Source: Macrostomum lignano
Taxonomy: Eukaryota
Reading direction: 5' to 3'
DNA length: 64,000 nt
NCBI GenBank assembly: GCA_002269645.1
Contig: NIVC01002096.1
Span: 1-64,000, forward strand
Positions 49,147-60,304 of the stretch are shown piece after piece. The translations under genes and the position numbers were made by a program. Under the pieces are notes generated by a model. That model did not search any database and was not told the DNA's origin. It saw nothing but the letters and a program-made list of their open reading frames with translations. Positions within the stretch are counted from its first letter, which is position 1. Each line of letters begins with the position of its first letter.

Positions 49147-52100
49147 TCAGTGATCACACGGTAAGATCGCTGGATCCCAGTTATCATTGGGTATGTGCGT
49201 CACCTCCGTGGCGTCTCGCACGTACGGATTGTTGGCGTCCCCCTCCGGTCGGGGAGCCGCTGCCACCCAAGACGGTCGCAGTCGATCCAGTGCGTCGCTG
49301 GCCTCGCCGTGAACAAAGACCAGCAGTTCCAGACGGTTAAGCGCCTCTCGCATCACCTGACGCTTCTCAGTTCGAGACATGGGCGGCAGGGGCACCCCGC
49401 CAACTGAGATGCTCGGCTCGATGCCGTCCGCTCGCATCTCCTCGGCTGGCACGATTAGATCTTCCTCCGTGGTCGGATTGCGATACTCAGCCTGCAATTG
49501 AAAATGTGAACTTTCGATACATATCGGCTCGTAATCTTTATTTCATTTTAACATAATTTCGATACATGTCGGCTCGGAACCTATAATTCAATTGAAGTTT
49601 TTTGATACATATCAGAGCGCAATTTTTATCTTGATTAAAGTTATTTTTCGATACATATCGGCTCCGAATTTTAGTTTCAATTCAAGATATTTTCGATACA
49701 TATCGGCTGGGAATCTTTAAAATTCGATTTCAAGTTTTTTGATACATATCGGAGCACAATTTTTATCTTGATTTAGGTTATTTTTCAAAAAATATCGGAT
49801 TGAATGTTTACTTGTTTTATTATTTTCGATACATATCGGCAAGAAAAAATACACCAATATAACTATTACCTTATAGTGCGCCATTGACATGTTAAATCCG
49901 GTGCGCATCTCGTCTAAATAGGTCTCTTGAATTTTCTGATACTTATTCCAGAATAGTGTACGGTTCCTGCCGTCTCGCATGGTTAGAAATTTGAGCAGAT
50001 TGAGACCTGCTAGAAGAGCCTCGCCCTCCTCCAGCATATCCGACACCGCGCCCCTAGGCAGGCTAAACGCTTTCTCAAGCATTCTCAAAGCAGACGAACC
50101 GGTGAACAGGTCCACCTGTTGACAGGTTTTACCAGAGTCAGCCAATTCAATAGCTAAAGCGATTTGATCTTTTAGCCGGCTGATGAAGAAGCCCCGGCAG
50201 CTGGGATGGTCCTGAGAGTGGAGGCTGCGCAGGATGGCTCGATGCCGGCCAACGGGTCCAATAGCGGCAAAGATGGCGGACAGGCAGTCCAGGGCCAGCT
50301 TCCGGCAGTCGGAGGCTGGGTGATGGATGAGGCAACGCTGCAGTGAGGACCAGAATTCGACAAACTCCTCGAGATCCCATAGGCCGGGATCGAGAGAGTC
50401 CGGGCTGAGCAGCAGACGGTTAAGCACGGTTAGGGCGGCTCGAGCTGAGGCCGACATCTCGGCTGATAGGGAAGCTGAGAGCACCGGCAGGAGGCGCCTC
50501 ATCAGGTAGGCGCTGGAGTACACCTGCCCAGTGACGAGTTATTGGGCAACTGTCATTACTAGAAAGGATACTAAATAAGATGAGAACAGTCTGCTCCCCT
50601 GCTCCCCTGATGCTCCCCTGATCTCAAACACCCTGATAGAGAGGATATAATCCCACACACACCTGGTAGATGGGATATAATCCCACACACACCTGATAGA
50701 TGGGATATAATCCCACACACACCTTATAGATGGGATATAATCCCACACACACCTGATAGATGGGATATAATCCCACACACACCTGATAGAGGGGATATAA
50801 TCCCACACACACCTGATAGATGGGATATAATCCCACACACACCTGATAGATGGGATATAATCCCACACACACCTGATAGATGGGATATAATCCCACACAC
50901 ACCTGATAGAGGGGATATAATCCCACACACACCTGATAGATGGGATATAATCCCACACACACCTGATAGATGGGATATAATCCCACACACACCTGATAGA
51001 TGGGATATAATCCCACACACACCTGATAGAGGGGATATAATCCCACACACACCTGATAGATGGGATATAATCCCACACACACCTGATAGATGGGATATAA
51101 TCCCACACACACCTGATAGATGGGATATAATCCCACACACACCTGATAGATGGGATATAATCCCGCACACACACCTGATAGAGGGGATATAATCCCACAC
51201 ACCTAATAGAGGGAATATAATCCCACACACCTGAGAGGGAATATAATCCCACACACCTAATAGAGGGGATAGAATCCCACACACACCTGATAGAGGGGAT
51301 ATAACCCCTACACACCTAATTGAATGGGATATAATCCCATACACAACCTGATAGAGGGGATATAACCCCCACACAACCTGATAGAGGGGATATAACCCCT
51401 ACACACCTAATTGAATGGGATATAATCCCATACACAACCTGATAGAGGGGATATAACCCCCACACAACCTGATAGAGGGGATATAACCCCCACACACCTA
51501 ATTGAATGGGATATAATCGCACACACACGCCTGATAGAGGGGATGTAATACCACATGCACTCCATAGAGGGTATATAATCAAAAAATGCACCTGATAGAG
51601 GGGATAATCCCACATGCACTAGAGGGGATATAATCGCACATACCCCATAGAGGGGATATAATCCCACACACTTGATAAGGGGGATATAATCCCACACACA
51701 CCTGATAAGGCGGATATAATATAGGACAATGAACATCCCACACTCACCTGAGGAAAAGCAGCGCCAAGCCCGCAGGCTCCAGTCAGAACAACAAACGCCA
51801 AAGCCAATCTGGCCTGAGAGGATGCAGTGACATCATCAACAGACCCATTCAGCACCAGATCGACCAGGCGATGGCCCAGCACACCAGTTAGCAGTTTGGT
51901 GACTTCCGCAGCTAATTCGCAAGCATCGGATTTAAGCCGCTGATCCTTACCGGTCCAGCACAGATCCGCAGGCAGCAGCGGTTTCTCCAGCAATTTAAGC
52001 CCGCTATTAGTCACAGCTCGAACTAGTCTATTCGGCGGATTCGAACCCGCGTCCTGCAACAAATCGTTCATGAATTGCACTAGCTGACTAGTTAATCTCA

Positions 52101-52587
52101 GAGCTCGTTGAGTCTCCGGATCTGACTGCATCAAGGCTAATTCTTCGCCTTCAAGCTGAGGCGGAGGATCTTCGCAGGACTGAATATGAGCGCCGAGAAC
52201 TTCGAGAGCAGCCTCTGCGCTAGCGGCGCCAGCCCGACTCAAGCAATTCCTAACCGACGGAATCAAGTGCTCAAATCGGCAATCGTCTTTAAAACAGTCT
52301 AGCGCTTCCATCAGCACCAGGAGGACTTCTTTGGCGCTGCCAATTTTTGATACCCGATCTCTGAGCACAGTTGAGCATAGGACAAATAATACAGGCTGAT
52401 TCTCAAGATTCCCCTGAGTCAGATAGAGCGACAGGCATCGGGCAATGTCCCATGCTTCTATAGCCAAGGCTTCATCTGTGGCTGAGTCCAGACATCTGCG
52501 CAGCCTCTGTTCGTCATCTGCAGCTAGGCTCTGCTCAACTTCCGCTGTTAGCGGCAGCTGCGGTTTGGGCGCTTCGGGATCCAGCAA
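49147..52587 (-). CDS. GLMN: Glomulin (FAP68/aberrant-root-formation family) homolog, about 610-630 aa; start codon unresolved
   Basis: Exons ~52587-51748, 50523-49870 and 49491-49147, joined in phase 0 by GT-AG introns. Motifs that match glomulin as recalled: AKEVLLVLMEALD (PKELLLGLLELIE), DCRKLAL, ISRLKDQI, SLPRGAVSDMLEE..LLAGLNLLKFL..RD, GFNMSMAHYK|AE, SVGGVPLPPM. No in-frame ATG at the 5' end; nearest ATG (52651) is out of frame. Confidence 0.88.
49510..49840. repeat. Degenerate ~45-bp repeat (TTTCGATACATATCGGCTC core) in glomulin intron 2
   Basis: GATAC(A) core at 49516, 49561, 49604, 49650, 49695, 49741 and 49828. Confidence 0.85.
50630..51720. repeat. 30-bp minisatellite (CCTGATAGATGGGATATAATCCCACACACA) in glomulin intron 1
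   Basis: About 18 clean copies, then degenerate copies; each unit contains TGGGAT-ATA-ATCCCA. Confidence 0.95.
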
Positions 52588-52724
52588 TTCAGATTAGTTT
52601 TGATGTTATGGCGGATGGGACCTTTTTGAACGTCTGATTATGAGGATTCATAACTATACGAGCGTACAAAAGTTTATAACATACCCTGCTAAGCCTGCAT
52701 ATCTGGACAGTCTCATCTGCCTAT

Positions 52725-53390
52725 CTTCTCTACAATTCTACCGGACAATATCTACTCTACAGTTCTACCGGACAATATCTACTCTACAGTTCTACCGGAC
52801 AATATATACTCTACAGTTCTACCGGACAATATCTACTCTACAGTTCTACCGGACAATATCTACTCTACAGTTCTACCGGACAATATCTACTCTACAGTTC
52901 TACCGGACAATATCTACTCTACAGTTCTACCGGACAATATCTACTCTACAGTTCTACTGGACAATATATACTCTACAGTTCTACCGGACAATATCTACTC
53001 TACAGTTCTACCGGACAATATATACTCTACAGTTCTACCGGACAATATCTACTCTACAGTTCTACCGGACAATATCTACTCTACAGTTCTACTGGACAAT
53101 ATATACTCTACAGTTCTACCGGACAATATTTACTCTACAGTTCTACCGGACAATATCTACTCTACAGTTCTACCGGACAATATATACTCTACAGTTCTAC
53201 TGGACAATATATACTCTACAGTTCTACCGGACAATATTTACTCTACAGTTCTACCGGACAATATCTACTCTACAGTTCTACCGGGCAATATATACTCTAC
53301 AGTTCTACCGGACAATATTTACTCTACAGTTCTACCGGACAATATCTACTCTACAGTTCTACCGGGCAATATATACTCTACAGTTCTACC
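52725..53390. repeat. 27-bp minisatellite (CTACAGTTCTACCGGACAATATCTACT) between BRX1 and glomulin
   Basis: About 25 copies; source of the FYRTISTLQ pseudo-ORF. Confidence 0.95.
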
Positions 53391-53867
53391 AGCCATGGTA
53401 AGGATAATGATACTTGATAAAGATAATAAAAGCAAAAATCTGAAATTCAAGCACACCTGCACACCTATGAGTCACGGAGACTCTAAGCAACTTCAAGTAG
53501 CTTGTAAAGTTTTGTTATTTAACACAATGTGCTTCATCGCAAGCATTAAAAGATCAACGCGTTCTTTCTTGCAATCATAATTAAAGATGGTACATAACGA
53601 GCGACAAATGTTGAAACGCACAAGAAAATTGGAAGTGCAAACATTAGCAGAGCTATTTAATTGCGAATTACACTAACATAATTAAGATTTAATGCAAAAC
53701 CAATATCAGGGCGAACTAATTTTCGCTCATGGACCACTGAGAAACCTCAGATTTTATCTCAATTTCAAGTTGCACGGCTTTAAAGTTTCCAGAGTGCAAG
53801 GCAACATACACAAGTCCATTAACAAAATCAAGCTTCAGTCGAGTTCACATAAAAATGATTAGTAGAA

Positions 53868-54896
53868 TCACTGGAACACCTGGTCAGTAGGATCATCAAT
53901 ATAAGCCGGCAGATCCGAATGCAGCCGCTGTCTCATCTTGGCCTGCAGCTTGCTAACATACTTAGAACTGTTGTTAGCCCGCAGTCTAGGCGGCGGCACA
54001 TAAGCCGGATTGTCGAACAGGCAAGGACCAGTGAAGCTACCGGACCAGATTCGAATTGGTCGAAGAACGCAACGAGGCCCGATCTCGGCCATGTCGCCAG
54101 TTTCATTCACGATCTGATAATTTCTAAGCCAGATTCGACCGTCTAGCCAAGCTAATAGCATCACGTGATCAACGAATGGTTTGCTACGCGGATGAGACCG
54201 CGGCACGTTGAATACCTGGGTGAACAGTTCTTTAACTAGGCGAAGCTGAGCATTCGATTCGAAAGCCGAATCAAAAGCGACGATGTGTCGGGAGCCTTTC
54301 AGACAGTTGCCAGTTAGCTTCAGTTCGCTCATAGTGTGAACATTTTCAACTAGAAACTTCACGCTTGGCCCAGTGCCAACCCGGCTAATCCACATGTACA
54401 GATCCTGCTTCCGCCTGGTTTCCACGTACATCACGTGACTAGCATTGCGCATCTCGGCAATTTCGTTCAACAAAATTAACTGATCTTTGCCAGCAAACTT
54501 GGAATCGGATTTCGCCTGAGGCAGTAGGGCTTGAAAATCTTTCAACAGATGCCGGCCAAGATAGGAGACGCCGCGTGAAGCTACTGTAAGTAGCCTCTGC
54601 CGGTTGGTCCATTCTGATTTTTTAACAGCGTCGCCACCGCTGCGCACTTTTGGAGGCAGCACGCCTGGCTGCTTGAGCGGATTCTCAATGTGTCGGGTGG
54701 CCTGAGACTGTTTAGCTTTTTTTCCCGGCTTCAAGTTCATTGTCTGTTTCTTCTTTGATTTTGCTTGCACCTTGTCTGGCATAATCTGCTTTGGTGGCAA
54801 CTTTTTCTCTACAGACACATTAGCACTTGCAGTTTTCTGCTTCTTGGCCACTGGTTGGCCATTGGCAGAAGCTCCGAGCTGTTGCTTTGATCGCTT
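53868..54896 (-). CDS. BRIX1: Ribosome biogenesis protein BRX1 (Brix domain), 342 codons in one exon; initiator not encoded in frame
   Basis: WTNRQRLLTVASRGVS..RHLLKD..LLPQAKSDSK, LNEIAEMRN, DLYMW..GPSVKFLVENVHTMSELKLTGNCLKGSR, FNVP..HPRSKPFVDHV, IWLRNYQI, EIGPR, SFTGP..FDNP. The frame is open from the acceptor TTTTTGCTTTCAG| (exon starts 54896) as KRSKQQLG... Confidence 0.95.
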   Translation of the reverse strand, partial: KRSKQQLGASANGQPVAKKQKTASANVSVEKKLPPKQIMPDKVQAKSKKKQTMNLKPGKKAKQSQATRHIENPLKQPGVLPPKVRSGGDAVKKSEWTNRQRLLTVASRGVSYLGRHLLKDFQALLPQAKSDSKFAGKDQLILLNEIAEMRNASHVMYVETRRKQDLYMWISRVGTGPSVKFLVENVHTMSELKLTGNCLKGSRHIVAFDSAFESNAQLRLVKELFTQVFNVPRSHPRSKPFVDHVMLLAWLDGRIWLRNYQIVNETGDMAEIGPRCVLRPIRIWSGSFTGPCLFDNPAYVPPPRLRANNSSKYVSKLQAKMRQRLHSDLPAYIDDPTDQVFQ

Positions 54897-55934
54897 CTGA
54901 AAGCAAAAAGAAGCCAGTTTAAAGTATATTCCACGGTTAAATATGAGCTTTTAAATGCCATCAAATTACTAGAATTTGAGCACCTTTTCAGGGACAGAAA
55001 GAATGCCCATTGTCAATACTTGATTTTGTTAATTGAAAGCAAACTAGGTAAGAACACTTATAGTTCATAACTGATAAGACTTGTGATGGTACTAAATTAA
55101 ATAGCTTGTAAAAGTCTTATACATTTTTAAAGACAATACAGAATGTCTTAAACTAAACAAAACTACATATTGCACTTTGGGCATATTTATTTTATATATG
55201 ATATACCAAAACTAATAAGAACTATCATGTAGTGTCATTTTAACCAACTATTATTCAAGTTATTTTGAATATTACTAACATTTATTAGAATGGCAAATCA
55301 CTTTTGCCATTTCTATGAATAAGATCTTAATGAAAAGCTAAAAGTGCTTAATGACCACATATTTAAACTTTTGCTAATCAACTTTGTTTGCAATGCTCTT
55401 GCTTATCTTTATATTTGTGCCACTTTTAATCAATGCACCATATGGTTGCCTATATATACCCAACACCCATCCAACTTATCTAAACTGGATGGGTGAAATA
55501 GCTGTTAGCCAAGGTAAGTTGCAAAATTGAAAATGCGAAAAATGAAAAATTGGGAAAGGAAAAAAAGGAGAGGAAGAGAAAAGGAAAAGAAAGGAGGGAG
55601 AAAAGAGAGAGGAAAAAAGGAGAGAAAGAAAAAGAGAAAAAAAGAAAAAGGCAAGAAAAGTCATATACAAAGTTAAAATTAAGTCACAATTAGGGGAACT
55701 AAGTTGCTATCAAGAGGAACTAAGTTGCAAATCTAGACAAAACTAAATTGCATTGGACGGGTAAAATTTTGAGGTTGGGCATATATGTGGTTGCCCATTT
55801 TATAGGTTAGAAAGTAGGTATATTTTAAACCTTATTTGTATTTCATACTACCATTGCTCTTTCCCAAAGAGATACCTATTACTTTGAGTTCCTTGAGAAT
55901 AATCAAAAAAGGTATAAGACTAAGACGGCTACAT

Positions 55935-56532
55935 ACCAAGATGGCCACAATATTGCATGTCTATTATATCCACTCTTCATTTAATATTAATTAGAAATAT
56001 AATATCTATTGTTATATTATTTTTATATAACATGTTTAATCAATCATATTTATAAATAGTAAAACAATAATGGATTTGAAAATAATTACCTCTTATACAA
56101 AAACTTTAATCTTTTTTAGTGTTTATGCCAATTTAGGCTTATTCTTTATCATTATATACATCTGATCTATCGCTATTATTAGTTTATCAAGAAACCATTG
56201 CTAGTAGTAATGCTATATAAAAATGAGATTAATATGCTACAAGGTTTTTATTTTGTACTAGGCTATATACTTGTTTTATTTAGTAGTAGGCCTAGATAAA
56301 TATCCATAGGTTAGGTTATAATAAAAGCTGAAGCCAAAAGGAATTATTATTATATAATATAGATATATTATAGTATCTATCTCCTTAGGCCTAAGACTTA
56401 ACGATCTATACCTAATATAAATTATTATCAATAAGAAATAAGTGAAATATAAAGATCTAGGCTAGGATTAGGCTATCATTATTGATTTAGATGTTTAAAG
56501 CTATGGCCATCTTAGTGTGTGGCCATCTTGGT
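55935..56532. mobile_element. Possible fold-back/MITE remnant in very AT-rich DNA
   Basis: Perfect 15-bp inverted repeat ACCAAGATGGCCACA (55935-55949) / TGTGGCCATCTTGGT (56518-56532), with neighbouring degenerate copies of the AAGATGGCC motif. No TSD identified. Confidence 0.4.
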
Positions 56533-57822
56533 CATGTGCCATCAAAATAACATATAGCAAAACATAAAATATGCTGACAATGACTAAACAATTGTCCCCC
56601 AATTGATTTCGGATTTCTAAAACAACTAAACATATATCAAAGCAGAAACTAGGCCCATAACATTGTTCATATGCTCTACTATGTGTTCAGCTGTTTTAGA
56701 ATTTAAAAGCAACTATGAGAAAAATATAGAATGAGAAGTTTGACACAGATTGCTTTTTCCACTTTTTTTCTATATGTTAGGTCTATAGGCCCTAGTTCAA
56801 AAGTTACAAGTGCTTAAAGTTCAAAAACATGATGGGACCCAATTGTAGAACGACCCGAAGGCATAACTATAAGAATACATTATTTTTTATTAAAAATATT
56901 ATGCCTAGCTTGACTCATTGACTAGCCTAGGTTTAGGCTAAGGGCCTAGGGTGTAGGTCTCATAGGCCTATCAGGTCTTGGTCAGGGCAAAGGCTAGACT
57001 TAGAGTTCTAGTTCTGGCATTGGAACCCATTTTTAATGGCTTTGGATCTAGCAATGGTATTCCTGTAGTGCAGTTTATGGGTATAATATAGCAGAAACAT
57101 TTTAATTTTTTGACAGGTGGTTTATATTGAGATTTTGTTCAAAATAGGGCCTGAGATCAAAACAAAATGATGAGATTCAAAAGAAGATACTTCTAATGTT
57201 CAAAGATGTCATTAGTATTAGTAGATAACTGCCTGCAGAAGACTGCCCGATCCATAGCTATTAGAAAATGGGTTGCAGTGCTGGAACTCTAGCCATTGCT
57301 CTTGGTCAGTGGGTTAGGGCACCATTAGGCCACAAGCCACATATTGTATTGTAGTGTAGGTCTAAATAAAAAAAGTATATAATTATAGCATTGTACACCA
57401 CACCAGTTGCGTAATTTTTGCCCATGTGACCTATAGTCAAGTCAGTAACTTCAGTGTTTTTTACCTTCAAGTTTCAGTTTAGATCAACATCCATAAATGA
57501 AAATGGGCGAGAGTGGAGTGAATGACCGGATTTTCGGTTCTCGGTTCAGTTCCGAAATTTAAATTAATTCACTCCGGATTGCCTCTAAATAGTTAGTGTA
57601 TAAACAAAGTAAAAACATTTCTGCTCCAATTTCACTTAAACATCAAATAAAAAAGCATTGCCATTGCAATAAATATTTAAATTATATTTTTTTATGATAG
57701 TTTTACATTTTATTGTACTTTTTTCGTCAGTCATTTTAGCGCGCATATGAAACTTATCCACACGAAATTCAAAAGCACATTGCTTTCGAAGTGCTTTGAA
57801 TGAGAATACACTAAGGCAAAGG

Positions 57823-58003
57823 CAGTGGCGCAACCAGGTGGGGGCGGGGGGCAGTCGCCCCCCTCTTATAGGCGCGGAGACCCAAAAAATCAAAGGGGGA
57901 CCAAGCGAATTTTCGCCAAAACAGAGCCACCCCGTCCGCCCCACCTCCCGGGACTTTACCCTCCAGAATCCGCCCCCTCATAAAATTTCTGGTTGCACTA
58001 CTG
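57823..58003. mobile_element. Harbinger-like GC-rich MITE, 181 bp
   Basis: CAGTGGCGCAACCAG (57823-57837) / CTGGTTGCACTACTG (57989-58003), 13/15 inverted match. The terminal CAG/CTG fits a CWG target. GC-rich island in AT-rich DNA. Confidence 0.65.
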
Positions 58004-58469
58004 AACGAAAGTTTCCTTACACACCCTCTCTTCAATATAAATTTATAATTATATTATATTTTAATATAAAATTATAATATTAATTACACATTATAATTAT
58101 AATTATAATTTTAATTTTACTTACATGTATATATAATTATATAATTTAAAAAGATATTTAATTTATCTGCACTTTCTTTGAAAATTTAACCTCATAAAAA
58201 TAAAATATAAGCATTAAAAGTCATGCTTAAATGTCTTTTGCTGAGCAAAACTGTCACTCTATAATGATGGTATTAAATATTTACGCGTAGATGAACTTTG
58301 TTTTAGTTTTTAGTTACTCTTAAGACTATAAAAAAATTACCTGGGACTACATGAAGTATAACTTGTTTCAACTAATTGTTTTACTTAAATGAATAAAAAA
58401 TATATACACAGTAAAAGTTAATAGCTCATAACAGCAACAACTTAACAACAAATTATGCAGCTAGCAATC

Positions 58470-59440
58470 AAAGTCACAGAGCAGGGTGCTTCAGATGGCG
58501 CGCCGCAGAGCCTGAGAGCGGAGGAAGTCCGCCCCGTTGGCAGTGTCGGGCGCCCTGGCGTCGCGTACGTAGGAGGCAGTCCACGTATCGACGGGTTTGG
58601 GCCTGACCCCGCCTGAGCGGGCCCTGCAGAGTGAGCAACAGGGCTAGGACGTCCTGAACAGGTTGGGGGCAGTAGCCCTCGGCCCGGATCACGTACGTGG
58701 CCCGCCAGTTGAAGTCGCCGCCGGCGCAGGATGGTGGACGGGCGCTGCAGCTTGGCCCGATCGTACAGGGCCTCAGTCCCGACGCTCTCATCAGCTCGAA
58801 AGGTCGCACGGAGCAGCCCTGAATGCGCCGAGTCCAGCTGCCGCTCTAAGCGTAGCCGTCAGTGTCCACGTCTCGGCGTTGTAGAGCACACCGCCTGCCA
58901 CAGCCGACGAGCCCTCTGGCGGTCGGGCAGCGCTTCGGACTGGACGTCGGCTCGGATCGAACGGAAGGCCGCCCAGGCAAGTCCTCGGCGCCGCCGGATC
59001 GAGGTCCGTCCACGTGAGGCACCAGACCGCCGAGTAGGTGATCCCGCTGGTAGCGTGCGCGCGAGCGTGGTCATCTGCCCGTCTGCGAGGCGACATGTCA
59101 GGTCCGCTAGCGCTGGGATGTCGGCCGGCACAGTCAGCACCTAGGTCTTTAGCGTGTTGACAACCAGTCCGACGCTCAATGCCACCTTGACCAACCTGTC
59201 GATCTGGCGGGATGCCACCTTGAACGGACGAGGACAGGAGGGCGAGTTCGTCGGCGTAGCCAAGCAAATAATAATAAGGCGCTTTTCACCGTGGCGGCGA
59301 CCGATGCGTCTGCGCAGCGCAGGAAGCCGTCGTTAGCCGAGGAGACTGCGGTCCGAAGCACCCAGTGGCAGCAGCACGAAGAGAAACGGCGCCAAAGTGT
59401 CGCCATGCAGAACTCCTGATGAAGTGTCGAACTGATGATG
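58470..59440 (-). mobile_element. Degenerate, 5'-truncated non-LTR retrotransposon (RTE-like) reverse transcriptase fragment
   Basis: Frameshifted motifs on the minus strand: FDTSSGVLHGDTLAPFLFV (QGD..P.LF motif), LGYADELALLSS (YADD), AWAAFRSIR, RLWQAVCS, LYNAETWTLTATL, RAEGYCPQPVQDVL. Confidence 0.85.
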
Positions 59441-59999
59441 ATTTACATGTATGTAATCGCCCTACTAGTGAACCGTCTTCTCATGGGGGAAGGATCAGAT
59501 CGTATGACTATGGATGGCTGCCAGCCGTCTATGACCAGACTATGACCGACAGATCGCCCTTCAGGTTGTCCCGCCCATGCATATTGATAACTTTTTGGTA
59601 GTGCTATATTAGAGACGCGGTAAGGACCCAAATGTGCCCCATCGATAGCTAAGGTGCAAATATTGATCATTGGGTTATTGCATGACCCACTGGCTGCCAC
59701 CACTCTGTGACCTGGCGAACCTGGATCTACGGTATGACCAGACCTGGCGAGGCCGGAGCCCCCGCCTGGGATGGGTATCAAAGGGTTGGAGCTAGCGGTG
59801 AGCAGCATGCAGCCGAATAGCTGATAGGAATCTGCTTGGGCACAAATCGAGAACTCCGGGATCATACAGACGGATTTTTATCAGGGGATCTTTTAAGGCT
59901 GTGATGACATACAGTTCAGATTGCAAAAAGTACATGTAGTGTATAGAGAACACGTAGAACAGCTATACGTGTACATCTAGTTTGGATTGATCAATGGGT

Positions 60000-60180
60000 T
60001 CGGGCCTGGCTCCTCATATGAAAGGTTTTTTTCTCCACGGAGCACCAGACCGCTGATGTGATGAACCACTGCTGGCAGCGTGCGTCTGCGTCGTGGCATG
60101 TCAGGTCCGCTGATACGTCAGCAGACACAGTCAGCATCTCGGTCTTCAATATGCTGTCAACGCTTGAACCCACCTCTTTC
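60000..60180 (-). mobile_element. Second, more diverged fragment of the same RT region
   Basis: Shares GCACCAGACCGC, CATGTCAGGTCCGCT and CACAGTCAGCA.CT.GGTCTT in the same order as 59019-59150. Confidence 0.65.
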
Positions 60181-60304
60181 TGTGCTTTCAACAGACGAGA
60201 AAAAGAGGCTGAGGTCGCCAGCGTTGCCAAACAAGCTCAGGTGTTTTTTGCCGCTGTGGCGAACGATGCGTCTCCACAACAGATAAAAAAGCAGGAAGAA
60301 ATCT

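Noticed and set aside
57340-57500. ATG GGC AAA... as a candidate first coding exon of BRX1
   Set aside because: No convincing phase-0 donor follows it, and it lies about 2.5 kb away across AT-rich, repeat-like DNA.
59443-59865. 140-aa ORF next to the RT fragment
   Set aside because: No RT, endonuclease or other recognisable motifs; left as unassigned cargo.
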